Below the pieces are notes generated by a model, which was given only the letters and a program-made list of their open reading frames with translations, made no database searches and was not told the origin of the DNA. Shown here in pieces: positions 6,716 through 15,697 of a stretch of 35,472 nt of DNA (its first letter is position 1; every line of letters begins with the position of its first letter). The DNA is from a virus. A program made the position numbers and the translations under genes. The stretch lies in the IMG/VR virus record IMGVR_UViG_3300028008_000050. One strand, 5' to 3'.

Positions 6716-7409
6716 TGAAGGCGGAAACATATTCAAAGATCCAGAGACTAAAGAACCTGTAACACAGCGTATCAATCAAGCTGACGTTGATCCTACACTT
6801 GCATGGTTAGAAAAGATTACAGGACTACCACATAAAGATTTTAAATTAGGTAGCACAGGAATTAGAAGTACAAGTGGCGATATGGATATTGCTGTTAACC
6901 AAGATGAAGTTACCAAAGATGAAATGGTTGCTAAACTTGCGGCATGGGTACAAAAGAATCACCCAGGAGACGATCTTAAAAAATGGATTAGAAAAAGTGG
7001 CATCAACGTACACTTCCTAACTCCAATCAATGGCAACCCTGAAGAAGGCTATGTACAAACAGATTTAATGTTTGGTGAGCCTGAGTTCATGAAGTTCGCA
7101 CTCAAAGGCAGTGGCGACAACACACCATACAAAGGACAACATAGAATGATCCTTATTAGCAGTATTGCTAAAGCACAAGGATACAAGTTTAGTAGTGGAG
7201 CAGGATTAGTAGATAGAATTACAAATCAAACTATATCTAAAAACCCAGATGAGATTGCAAAAACATTAATGGGCGATACTGCTACAGCAAAAGATATGGA
7301 TAGTGTTGAAACAATCATTGCAAAAATTAAAACAGACCCTAACTACGAAAACTTAGTTAAAGACGCTAGAGACAACTTCGAAAAGAACGGACTAGAGTTA
7401 CCCAAATGA
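6705..7409 (+). CDS. Putative nucleotidyltransferase-fold protein
   Basis: FKLGSTGIRSTSGDMDIAVN resembles a GS...DxD nucleotidyltransferase motif; start MILNEGGNIF preferred. Confidence 0.6.
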   Translation: MILNEGGNIFKDPETKEPVTQRINQADVDPTLAWLEKITGLPHKDFKLGSTGIRSTSGDMDIAVNQDEVTKDEMVAKLAAWVQKNHPGDDLKKWIRKSGINVHFLTPINGNPEEGYVQTDLMFGEPEFMKFALKGSGDNTPYKGQHRMILISSIAKAQGYKFSSGAGLVDRITNQTISKNPDEIAKTLMGDTATAKDMDSVETIIAKIKTDPNYENLVKDARDNFEKNGLELPK

Positions 7410-8548
7410 GATTTAACGAAATAATAAACGAAGCAGAAGCTCGAATACAACATGCTGAAGACTTAATCTTCTTCCATGGTAGTGCAGGTGCCAAACGTGC
7501 ATTGGATTCAATTGCCAGCATGGGTACAGGAGGACATACTAATGCAACAATTAAATGGGATGGATCTCCCGCAGTCATTTTTGGCCGCGATGAAAATGGA
7601 GAGTTCATACTTACAGACAAGTCAGGCTTTGGTGCAAAAGGATACGACGGCAAATCAAAAAGTGCTGATGACCTTGAGCAAATGTTCCTCAACCGTAGTG
7701 GTGGAAAGAACAGAGATAAACCAGGCTATGTAGCATTCGCAGGTAGAATGAAAGCTCTGTTTCCTATTGCAGAAAAAGCTGTTCCAATTGAACACAGAGG
7801 ATTCTTTAAAGGCGACATGCTTTACTTTGATACACCAACTAACAACAAAGGCGTATTACAGTTTACTCCTAACACAGTAACTTACACAGTACAAGCAGAC
7901 AGCGATGTAGGTAAGAAGATACTAGCAAGTCAAGCTGGTGTAGTTATTCACAGAGTAGTAGATGCGGCAGGTGCTGAAAGTCCTTTAAAAGATTACGACA
8001 TGTTCCAAGGATCAAAACTATTAGTGTTACCTCCAGTAGTTGCACAAACGGCTCCAGAGGTTGACCTAACTAAACTAAAAAGTTTACAAGGTGTTGTTGC
8101 TAAGAATGGTCCTGCTATTGATAGTCTGTTAGACACAGCTACATTACAGCAAATGCAAGTTAGTGACTTTGCACAAATACTTTATGCTTATACAAATAGT
8201 AAAGTAGACTCAGGATTAGCCAACTTAGGTAAAGACTTTGTACAATGGTTAACAACTAGCAAAGTATCTAAGAAGAAACAAGCAAAAATTATTGAGTATA
8301 TTAAAACGCACATGAAGGCGTTTCAGGCAATGTGGCAAACTGTTTCAGGGATAATGGAAGTCAAGGACGATATTATTACACAAATGGAAAGCAAACAAAC
8401 AGACATTAAGGCATCTATCGCAGGGAAGCCAGGTGGCGAGGGCTATGTATTAGCCAACCCAGGCGGCGATATTAAATTAGTAAACCGCTCTGAATTTAGT
8501 AAAGCTAACAGAGCAATTAAACGGGAGAGTAAACATGAAAGCATCTGA
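7406..8548 (+). CDS. Phage protein with a ligase/nucleotidyltransferase-like KxDGS motif
   Basis: TIKWDGSPAVIFGRDENGEFILTDKSGF...HRGFFKGDMLYF...GVVIHRV; resembles covalent nucleotidyltransferase motif I and possible downstream motifs. Specific function uncertain. Confidence 0.6.
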   Translation: MRFNEIINEAEARIQHAEDLIFFHGSAGAKRALDSIASMGTGGHTNATIKWDGSPAVIFGRDENGEFILTDKSGFGAKGYDGKSKSADDLEQMFLNRSGGKNRDKPGYVAFAGRMKALFPIAEKAVPIEHRGFFKGDMLYFDTPTNNKGVLQFTPNTVTYTVQADSDVGKKILASQAGVVIHRVVDAAGAESPLKDYDMFQGSKLLVLPPVVAQTAPEVDLTKLKSLQGVVAKNGPAIDSLLDTATLQQMQVSDFAQILYAYTNSKVDSGLANLGKDFVQWLTTSKVSKKKQAKIIEYIKTHMKAFQAMWQTVSGIMEVKDDIITQMESKQTDIKASIAGKPGGEGYVLANPGGDIKLVNRSEFSKANRAIKRESKHESI

Positions 8549-8942
8549 TTTTGATAGCGACTTCGCCGACATGAAAAAAGGGTTTGACCCAGCGGACGAT
8601 GATAATGCAGATATGGATAAAGAATTTAAGCAAATGCCAATGATTACACAGATTGGTAAGATTTTAGATTCAAGAGGTAACCCTAATCCAGTTACACATT
8701 TAACAAGTGAAACTGGCAAGAAATACAAAGCTAGTGTTACACATGCACAAACACTTAAAATGATGTTAACAACTGATGCAGTTAAGCCTGCAATCAAACG
8801 TGAGTTTACATTAGACATTGCACAAGACGAACTGTTAGGTAAAATGTTAAGTGCTAAGAGTCAAGAAGAAATGGTCAACATCTTTAAAGACAAGTATATG
8901 AAAGATGGTGGCAACACAGAACGCAGAAGTAATTACGCATAA
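8535..8942 (+). CDS. Hypothetical phage protein (135 aa)
   Basis: Overlapping ORF with good start spacing. Confidence 0.7.
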   Translation: MKASDFDSDFADMKKGFDPADDDNADMDKEFKQMPMITQIGKILDSRGNPNPVTHLTSETGKKYKASVTHAQTLKMMLTTDAVKPAIKREFTLDIAQDELLGKMLSAKSQEEMVNIFKDKYMKDGGNTERRSNYA

Positions 8943-9814
8943 TGGAACTTAACTTTTTAACAGAACTACACGAAGCGAGGATGACTCGCAACACGTCTGA
9001 TAACTCTAAATTAAGTTATACAGATTGTTGTGAGCGTCTTTACTTGATGACATTAGTGTTAGAACTGTTAAGAAAGTTTTCAGAGTTCAATGGTACCGTA
9101 GCAGGATACGCAACAAAGACTACACAGAATCAAAACTATAGACAGTTTAGGATGCATGGCACTGATCTCTATAACTTAATATATTTTGTTAGTGGAGACG
9201 ATGATGCAATGATGAAACTCAAAGACTTTGAAAGTGCAAAGAAAGTTAGAGCTAGTACATTTTTACCTGTAATGGGATTAAACAGATGGCTAATAACTTT
9301 AAAAGGTACAAGCAAAACATCAGGCAGTGAAATGCTTATGTCAATTGAACGTGCTTGTAAAATTACTAATACTGATTACAAAACAATTAGACGAGCAGTA
9401 ACTAATTGGGATAGGCTTAGTGGCGCAGATAAAAAGAAATGGGTAACTAAACTATTACTTGCTTCAAGAGCTAAACTTCGTAACAGTGATATTATTATGT
9501 ACCTTGAAGAACTAGCAAGAAAAGCTAACCTTGAAGATACTAAAGTAAAAGACAACGAACCTACAGTAAGTAAGCCAGACATGGTTCCAACTACTGCACA
9601 AGACCTAGCACTATACAGATACATTGTTGGTGCAAAGAACGTAATGGGAACTAAAAAGTTTTTAGATGCGGCAAAGAAAGGTCAAAGTATGTCACCTGCA
9701 TTCGTTAAAGCATATCTACCAGCAGTAGAATTAATAGACGATATCGTAAAAGCAGGCCCAGGATACATACAAATGCTACGAGCATTGCAAAAAAGAGCTA
9801 AAAACAGCCGATAA
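8942..9814 (+). CDS. Hypothetical phage protein (290 aa)
   Basis: Long ORF, 1-nt overlap with the preceding gene. Confidence 0.8.
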   Translation: MELNFLTELHEARMTRNTSDNSKLSYTDCCERLYLMTLVLELLRKFSEFNGTVAGYATKTTQNQNYRQFRMHGTDLYNLIYFVSGDDDAMMKLKDFESAKKVRASTFLPVMGLNRWLITLKGTSKTSGSEMLMSIERACKITNTDYKTIRRAVTNWDRLSGADKKKWVTKLLLASRAKLRNSDIIMYLEELARKANLEDTKVKDNEPTVSKPDMVPTTAQDLALYRYIVGAKNVMGTKKFLDAAKKGQSMSPAFVKAYLPAVELIDDIVKAGPGYIQMLRALQKRAKNSR

Positions 9815-9923
9815 TCCATCCATTTTCCTAAAACGGATAAATAAAAGTAACCACAATACACGAGAAAAAGTGTGTGGCCATTAGAGCCGAGGGAAACCTC
9901 ATTTATAACATAGGAGAAATAAA

Positions 9924-10262
9924 ATGGCTGGAGTAGCAAGAACAACTGGACTAGGACATGCACACGCAACGTTATATAGTACAGCAAATTTAGGATTTTA
10001 CGTAGTTGACGCAGGAGCTTCATTAGCGGCTGAAGGCGGAATTGGTAAAGCATTAGAACTAATTGCACAAGCAATTAACCCAATCGCAATGAACAGTGAA
10101 GGTACTGCTGGATTGTTAAACATTGTAGTTGACGACACACAGTGGGACGCGGCTTCTTTACAAGCGGCAATCAGACACTTAGGTGCGGCGGCTGGATCAG
10201 GCGACTATGACGCGACTGGTGCAACTGTAACTGCAGGTGGACAATTCATCGTAAGTGCATAA
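9924..10262 (+). CDS. Probable virion-associated hypothetical protein (112 aa, Ala/Gly-rich)
   Basis: Single-gene unit: ATAAATA box at 9837, Shine-Dalgarno AGGAGA, strong terminator at 10292. Confidence 0.65.
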   Translation: MAGVARTTGLGHAHATLYSTANLGFYVVDAGASLAAEGGIGKALELIAQAINPIAMNSEGTAGLLNIVVDDTQWDAASLQAAIRHLGAAAGSGDYDATGATVTAGGQFIVSA

Positions 10263-10291
10263 TAGTACTAACGTAAATTAAAACTTAGAAA

Positions 10292-10320
10292 GGGCTCAGT
10301 TTTTACTGGGCCCTTTTTTT
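10292..10320 (+). terminator. Rho-independent terminator
   Basis: GGGCTCAG-TTTTTA-CTGGGCCC followed by TTTTTTT. Confidence 0.95.
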
Positions 10321-10338
10321 ATGGCCATAAATAGATGC

Positions 10339-10743
10339 ATGGACACATTCATCATTGAAACACTCGTAGACATAACCAATACTGGATTGAACAAGTTCAA
10401 AACTGAAGATCGTCATTTGATTAATCAACAGTCTAACTGGAATACAGCACAGCAAGTTATGAGTATGAGAGCAAACATATACTTTGATACAAAGCCCACA
10501 GTTGAAAAAAGAGATATTAAAGACTTTGGTACAGCGTTTAAGGGCAAACATAATGTATGGTCGTTTCGTTTTGATGTTGAACAAGAAGGTGCCCTAAGTG
10601 TTGATGCACTAAAAGATGACTTTGATTTAATACCAGTTATACCTGGTTTAGATAGCACAATTACTATAAATAATAGTGCGTTCAGAACAAAAGATTCAGA
10701 GCGTATTAATATTATTTTTAAAGTAGTAGATAAAGACGTATAA
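10339..10743 (+). CDS. Hypothetical protein (start near MDTFIIETLVD)
   Basis: ORF; the track start at 10321 directly abuts the terminator U-tract, so the internal ATG is favoured. Confidence 0.65.
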   Translation: MDTFIIETLVDITNTGLNKFKTEDRHLINQQSNWNTAQQVMSMRANIYFDTKPTVEKRDIKDFGTAFKGKHNVWSFRFDVEQEGALSVDALKDDFDLIPVIPGLDSTITINNSAFRTKDSERINIIFKVVDKDV

Positions 10744-10860
10744 ACTGCTAATAAATACTATAGTAAAAAGGCACATATAACATCTCGCATATAAACACAT
10801 TAGGCTAACAGAAAAGTTTACTAATCACCATTTGAGCAATGGGTTTAAAGGATAAAATAT

Positions 10861-11094
10861 ATGGCAACGCCGTTAGAAAAAAAGAACTTAGAAGCACACG
10901 TTGATTTGTGCGAACAACGATATATACGTTTAGAGTCACGTTTAGCCAGCGTTGAGGACAAGCTAGAGCATGTCCATAATGATATTACACATGGCAACAA
11001 AGCTATGTTTAAAGTTTTAATTGGTGCAACAGGAACCATTGTTGCAGGACTACTTAGTACTATTGTAGTCATACTAATGAACTTTACCAACTAA
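10861..11094 (+). CDS. Coiled-coil plus C-terminal TM protein, XhlA/holin-associated-like (77 aa)
   Basis: Heptad-like N-terminus then FKVLIGATGTIVAGLLSTIVVILM. Confidence 0.5.
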   Translation: MATPLEKKNLEAHVDLCEQRYIRLESRLASVEDKLEHVHNDITHGNKAMFKVLIGATGTIVAGLLSTIVVILMNFTN

Positions 11095-11128
11095 TTACAC
11101 TTCCCTACTTACATAGATAAATACACGT

Positions 11129-11413
11129 ATGCTGATACGTGAAGTCACATCAATAGACGAAAAACAAATTTGGGCACGTTCTGGAAAGAAAGTAGTCCGC
11201 AAGTACCGTTGTACCCAAGGTCCTCGTAAAGGACGTATAGTGAAGAAGATGTCGCAATGTTTTGCGGCACCTAATATTAAAGCAAGAATTAACATGAAAC
11301 GCTTACGAGCTAAGATAGGCGGCAAGATGATGCGTAAGGCTCGCAGAACTAAACGTGTTAATCCTGTTTCACGCAGAGTACAAGCGTTAAATAAAGCTGG
11401 ACGCAGAAGATGA
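11129..11413 (+). CDS. Highly basic small protein, paralogue 1
   Basis: KKVVRKYRCTQGPRKGRIVKKMSQC; shared motif with the next gene. Confidence 0.75.
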   Translation: MLIREVTSIDEKQIWARSGKKVVRKYRCTQGPRKGRIVKKMSQCFAAPNIKARINMKRLRAKIGGKMMRKARRTKRVNPVSRRVQALNKAGRRR

Positions 11414-11739
11414 AGATAGCAGAGATTAAAGAAGGCGTTATCGGCATATGGGGCAAGACAAAAGGCAAGTTAGTACGTAAATACAGATGTACAAGCGGAA
11501 CACGTAAAGGGCGTATTGTTGCTAAGCCGGCAACATGTAACGCAACTAAAAGAGTTGGAAGTGCGTTAAATATTAAACGTGCTAAGGCTAAAAGAGGTAG
11601 TACAATGCAAGTCAGATCCTCTCGTACTAAACGTGCAAGTGGATTAAGTAAGAGAGTTGCTGGGGCAAATAAGCCACAGTCACAAGCAAGGTATAAAAAG
11701 CCTACAAGAAAAAAGAGTTTTAAAAAGAGATCTAAATAA
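11410..11739 (+). CDS. Highly basic small protein, paralogue 2
   Basis: GKLVRKYRCTSGTRKGRIVAKPATC; 4-nt overlap with paralogue 1. Confidence 0.75.
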   Translation: MKIAEIKEGVIGIWGKTKGKLVRKYRCTSGTRKGRIVAKPATCNATKRVGSALNIKRAKAKRGSTMQVRSSRTKRASGLSKRVAGANKPQSQARYKKPTRKKSFKKRSK

Positions 11740-12197
11740 TGAGAGCAGACGAGTTTACAAAACCAAAACAAGAACAACAGGTTGTTGAAGTAGTTCCGGC
11801 TATTGCGGCGGCAGTTGGTAGAGTCGGTGCTCAAATGGGTACAGCGGCCGCGAAGGCCGGTATGAAAGTTGCTACTGCTGGAATGAAAGCAGGTGCTAAA
11901 GCTGGAGCCAATCTAGCTAAAGGTGCAGGTAAAGCGGCAATGAAATCAATTGGCAAGGCACAGGCTAACATAACAAAGAGCATACTTAAAAAAGGTGCCA
12001 AGTTAGCAATGCCAACAGCAGGGCCAGGTGGCAAAGAACAAGAATTTGATATAGATGACGTCCAAGGCGATCAAGTCATCTTAAAGAATCCAAAACCAAA
12101 AGCAGGTGAACCACAGTCGTTTGTCTATAACAAAAAAGACTTAGACGATGTAGTAAAACAAAAAGCTGATGCAATAGCACAAATGGGTAAAAGTTAA
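11739..12197 (+). CDS. Ala/Gly/Lys-rich hypothetical protein (152 aa)
   Basis: Low-complexity KAG/KAA-rich N-terminal half, acidic C-terminal half. Confidence 0.7.
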   Translation: MRADEFTKPKQEQQVVEVVPAIAAAVGRVGAQMGTAAAKAGMKVATAGMKAGAKAGANLAKGAGKAAMKSIGKAQANITKSILKKGAKLAMPTAGPGGKEQEFDIDDVQGDQVILKNPKPKAGEPQSFVYNKKDLDDVVKQKADAIAQMGKS

Positions 12198-12412
12198 TGA
12201 AACTAAAACAAGTGCTAGAGGGATTTACAATACAAGTAAGCAATGAGGAACAGGAAATTCTAGATAGAATGACTCATATTACTCCTCTCAATGCTTTTCC
12301 TCAGAGGGAACAATTTATTATTGAGAATTTGATTAGAAAAGCGTTGGTAACAAAAGTTGCTAACAAAGGTATGACAATGGTGATCGCAAATGAACTCGAA
12401 ACGTATAATTGA
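12197..12412 (+). CDS. Hypothetical protein (71 aa)
   Basis: 1-nt overlap with the preceding gene. Confidence 0.65.
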   Translation: MKLKQVLEGFTIQVSNEEQEILDRMTHITPLNAFPQREQFIIENLIRKALVTKVANKGMTMVIANELETYN

Positions 12413-12818
12413 AGATTTAGATAGTATTATGGAAGAAGGCCTTAATAGGGTACATGTTCCATATGCAAAGGGTAAGAGTGTTCGTATAAAGAACACCGTG
12501 ATTAGACAGACGAAACAAGGATTTTTAGTGTTTGACGTAAAGACACATACAAGAATAGCAGAAACATTTAGTAAGCGTGGAGCCATTGCTTATGCAAAAG
12601 CTCGTGCTAAAGGATATGATGCAAAGTGTAGTGAAATACTAGATTTAGATGCAGGATTAAGCAAACATTACATGGATAGCTTGTTCCATAAGCATAGCAT
12701 TGAACAAACGAACGACGAAATGCGTAAAATGGCGTTAGAAACTAGGTTTGAGATAGCAAAAGACCGTACTTTTCAATATATGGACCAAATCGACAGGTTC
12801 ATCTTTAACGAAGAATGA
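12390..12818 (+). CDS. Hypothetical protein (142 aa)
   Basis: Overlapping co-directional ORF. Confidence 0.7.
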   Translation: MNSKRIIEDLDSIMEEGLNRVHVPYAKGKSVRIKNTVIRQTKQGFLVFDVKTHTRIAETFSKRGAIAYAKARAKGYDAKCSEILDLDAGLSKHYMDSLFHKHSIEQTNDEMRKMALETRFEIAKDRTFQYMDQIDRFIFNEE

Positions 12819-12848
12819 TAAATAATATTAATGTAAGGAACAACTGAT

Positions 12849-13790
12849 ATGAAACTTAACGATTTGAAAAAACCTTTAACAGCTAATGCTTTAAATGAAA
12901 GCCTAGCTAAAACTTTTGGAACAAGAATTGCTCTTGATAAATTTACTGTGGAGCAACTAGAAGATGCACGTAATAAATTACGTACACAGCTAAGCCAAGT
13001 TGAAACAAGCGAACAGTTTGAAAGCGTACATTCAAGTGATACATATCAGAAAGCTAAAATGTTCCTAGACGTTATCAATCAAGAGATGCTTGAAAGAGAA
13101 ACTGCTAACGAAGCGAAACCAGACTTTTTAGATTTAGACAAAGACGGCGACAAGAAAGAGCCAATGAAGAAAGCCGCAAAAGAAAAAGGCGATTCAAAAG
13201 ATTCAGACTCAAAAGGCTTATCAGCAAAACAAAAGAAACTTCCAGCAGGTTTGCAAAAAGCTATTGCAGGCAAAAAGAAAACTAATGAAGGCGCAGAAGA
13301 AGCGGCCACTTTAGTTATGGCGGCCAAAGACATGGTAGACCGTGTTACAGGTTGGATGGAAGACACAGCAGAAATGCAAACAGAAAGTATGCTAGAACTA
13401 GGCGACAAAATTAGAGATGAGATGGGTTCAGAAGCATCTGAAACATTTATTGGAACTGTAAAACCAGCACTAGAAAATCTTTACACAGTATTTGAAACAA
13501 CCAGAGAAGCATTAACAGGTGGCGTAGCTATCGTAACAGGCGAAGGCGCTCCAGAGACTATGGGAACAGACGTTGAGGCTCCTGCAGAGGACCCAGCTAT
13601 GGAACCAACAGTTGACCAAGACGCCGATGCTGAAGCACCAGTAGATGATGAATTTGGAGCAAGTGAACCTGCAACAGGCGGAGAAGAAATTGCGGACAGA
13701 GGTAAACGAGAAAGTGTTTTACGCTCACGCAGACTAGCTCAGTTATTAACTGATTCAAAAAAAAAGGTAGTACCTCAAGCAAAAAAGTAG
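12849..13790 (+). CDS. Acidic virion/assembly-type hypothetical protein (313 aa in frame 0; possibly extended by -1 frameshift)
   Basis: Long ORF ending just after an A9 tract (13757-13765). Confidence 0.8.
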   Translation: MKLNDLKKPLTANALNESLAKTFGTRIALDKFTVEQLEDARNKLRTQLSQVETSEQFESVHSSDTYQKAKMFLDVINQEMLERETANEAKPDFLDLDKDGDKKEPMKKAAKEKGDSKDSDSKGLSAKQKKLPAGLQKAIAGKKKTNEGAEEAATLVMAAKDMVDRVTGWMEDTAEMQTESMLELGDKIRDEMGSEASETFIGTVKPALENLYTVFETTREALTGGVAIVTGEGAPETMGTDVEAPAEDPAMEPTVDQDADAEAPVDDEFGASEPATGGEEIADRGKRESVLRSRRLAQLLTDSKKKVVPQAKK

Positions 13791-14125
13791 CTGAGGCTTC
13801 CGATTCAGACACCAAGTCTTCCTTAATAAACGTATTTAGAAATGTGATAGGTAGTGCCGATACTCAAAATCAGCCTGCCTATCTTTCATTTGATGCAATG
13901 AACACTATCATGAAGAACTTAAAAAAGCCACAGTTTGATTACGATGGCTTCAAAAGAATTTATGATGAGAATCCAGAGATACAACCATTAGTTAAAAACT
14001 TTGATTCAAAAGGTATTACTCTTTACACAAAGAAAGAAGCACCTAGCGATGCACCAAAAGGTCAAAAGACTGACGGCGAAGTAGATAAAATGGCTCAACG
14101 TGCAACATCAAAAGCAACTGCATAA
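13763..14125 (+). CDS. Downstream -1 frame continuation of the 12849 ORF
   Basis: Frame -1 is open from the A9 tract: KGSTSSKKVAEASDSDTKSSLINVFRNVIGSADTQNQPAYLSFDAMN... to 14125; the track lists only the GTG-initiated 13844..14125 part. Confidence 0.65.
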   Translation, partial: KGSTSSKKVAEASDSDTKSSLINVFRNVIGSADTQNQPAYLSFDAMNTIMKNLKKPQFDYDGFKRIYDENPEIQPLVKNFDSKGITLYTKKEAPSDAPKGQKTDGEVDKMAQRATSKATA

Positions 14126-14134
14126 CAAAACCAC

Positions 14135-14163
14135 TTGACAACGTAGAACACTTCCTGTATACT
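14135..14163 (+). promoter_or_regulatory. Sigma70-like promoter
   Basis: TTGACA - 17 nt - TATACT, 22 nt before the 14186 ATG. Confidence 0.8.
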
Positions 14164-14185
14164 ATATAATGTATAGGAGGAAACT

Positions 14186-14779
14186 ATGAATGAAGTATCT
14201 ATTGTACCTAATCTAGTTTGGAAATATAATTATAGTCCAGGCTTTGATGTACAAGCATTTAAAGACTACCAATCCACAGAAGCACAGTTACATCAAACAG
14301 AAGCTGATGGTGGCAAGAGTACGGCAGGTCATGCTAACCCTCCTCACGAATGGGAATGTAATAGAGATTTTATGATTTGGTTACGTCCAAAGATTGAAAT
14401 AGCTCTAGCTGAATGGGATATACAGTACACAGATATTATTGCTACAGGTAGTTGGACTAATTTACACAAACGAGATGCACATACATTACCACATGATCAT
14501 GGTAGTGCAAACGTAGTAGTGTCTGCATACGTACAAGTTCCACCACAAAGTGGTAACATAGAGTTTGAACAGTTACTAAGAACTAACTGGTCAGGTTATT
14601 CACGTATTCCTACTAACACAATACACGATTACTGGAAAGAAGTAAGTGTACAAACTAATGACGTTGTAATATTTCCGGGTTGGCTAACACACAAGACTCA
14701 AGCAAGTAACAGCGATGAAGATAGAATTACATTTACTATTAATACCAACGGCAGAGATAGGAACGATATACCACTATGA
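14186..14779 (+). CDS. Putative 2OG-Fe(II) oxygenase-like protein 1
   Basis: LPHDHGSANVVVSAYVQVP...NDVVIFPGWLTHKTQASNSDEDRITFTINTN. Confidence 0.75.
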   Translation: MNEVSIVPNLVWKYNYSPGFDVQAFKDYQSTEAQLHQTEADGGKSTAGHANPPHEWECNRDFMIWLRPKIEIALAEWDIQYTDIIATGSWTNLHKRDAHTLPHDHGSANVVVSAYVQVPPQSGNIEFEQLLRTNWSGYSRIPTNTIHDYWKEVSVQTNDVVIFPGWLTHKTQASNSDEDRITFTINTNGRDRNDIPL

Positions 14780-15537
14780 CACAACGTATGGACCTAGGCA
14801 CATTAATGAGTGCAAGTAATCAATGGATAGTAGATATTAGATGTCCTTTCCATGAACAGTTTTTACAGCTATTTGAAAATGACAAGTTTAGGGGTGAAGA
14901 CCAAAGCAAAGTTAAAACAACATTCAATGGTTACCAATATGATATTACTCCTCCTAACTTACCTGCATGGGGTGGCAAAGTTGTAAGGTCAGATAAGATG
15001 AATCCTGACACACCTGAACAACAAGGCTTTCCAAGCAGTAAACTTCTTAAAGAAACAAGATTTGAACCATCAGTACAGTCAAACTTTCCTCCTATAGACA
15101 AAGAAAAGTTTGATAACATTGATTGGAAACAACTAATGGAATGGGTAATGAAAGTTGTTAGACGCAACGGCATTCCTGTTAAAACTATTAAAGTAAGTAA
15201 GACTTGGTGTGTTGACTATAGTGATGGCGGATACCAAGCAATACACAATCACGGAAGTGCATGTATTAGTATGGTAATGGCTATGGATGAAACTCCTGTT
15301 AACGACAGTGACCATAAAACTATGTCACCTGACAACGGTATGCTTTACACACTAATGCCTAATCCAGATGGTACACAAGAATACAATCAATTTGCACCAT
15401 ATCCAGGTAGAACAGTTATTATGGATGGTAGAGTGTGGCACGGAGTTTATCCTTGTAAAGCACCAAGGCGTACATGGGTAGTTGACTTTGACTTTGATTA
15501 CTTTGCACCAGACGAGGAGTTTGATCCTAATGAGTGA
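14776..15537 (+). CDS. Putative 2OG-Fe(II) oxygenase/cupin-like protein 2
   Basis: YQAIHNHGSACISMVMAMD...PGRTVIMDGRVWHGVYPCKAPRRTWVVDFDF. Confidence 0.65.
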   Translation: MTQRMDLGTLMSASNQWIVDIRCPFHEQFLQLFENDKFRGEDQSKVKTTFNGYQYDITPPNLPAWGGKVVRSDKMNPDTPEQQGFPSSKLLKETRFEPSVQSNFPPIDKEKFDNIDWKQLMEWVMKVVRRNGIPVKTIKVSKTWCVDYSDGGYQAIHNHGSACISMVMAMDETPVNDSDHKTMSPDNGMLYTLMPNPDGTQEYNQFAPYPGRTVIMDGRVWHGVYPCKAPRRTWVVDFDFDYFAPDEEFDPNE

Positions 15538-15697
15538 AACATGTGAAACATGTCGTATTGCAATCAGCGAGGACGGCATTGAAATAGATTCAAGTCAAGG
15601 TGATATTATATTAGAAGCAACAGTACTTGGTGGTATTGTAATTGTTATAGCATTATTATATGTAGGCAAGAAGTGGATAGACAGGAAATTTAAGTAA
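15530..15697 (+). CDS. Small membrane protein with N-terminal CxxC (55 aa)
   Basis: MSETCETCRIAISEDGIEIDSSQGDIILEATVLGGIVIVIALLYVGKKWIDRKFK; the real start is internal to the track ORF. Confidence 0.65.
   Translation: MSETCETCRIAISEDGIEIDSSQGDIILEATVLGGIVIVIALLYVGKKWIDRKFK

Noticed and set aside
7366-8818. Minus-strand ORFs 7366-7692 and 8477-8818
   Set aside because: Antisense to long overlapping phage ORFs with good start spacing.
11358-11834. 158-aa minus-strand ORF
   Set aside because: Antisense to two convincing basic genes; Leu-rich composition is the expected mirror of Lys/Arg-rich coding.
12849-14125. Calling the A9 site a pseudogene
   Set aside because: Both frames look coding and continuous, so programmed slippage or a homopolymer sequencing error is more likely than decay.
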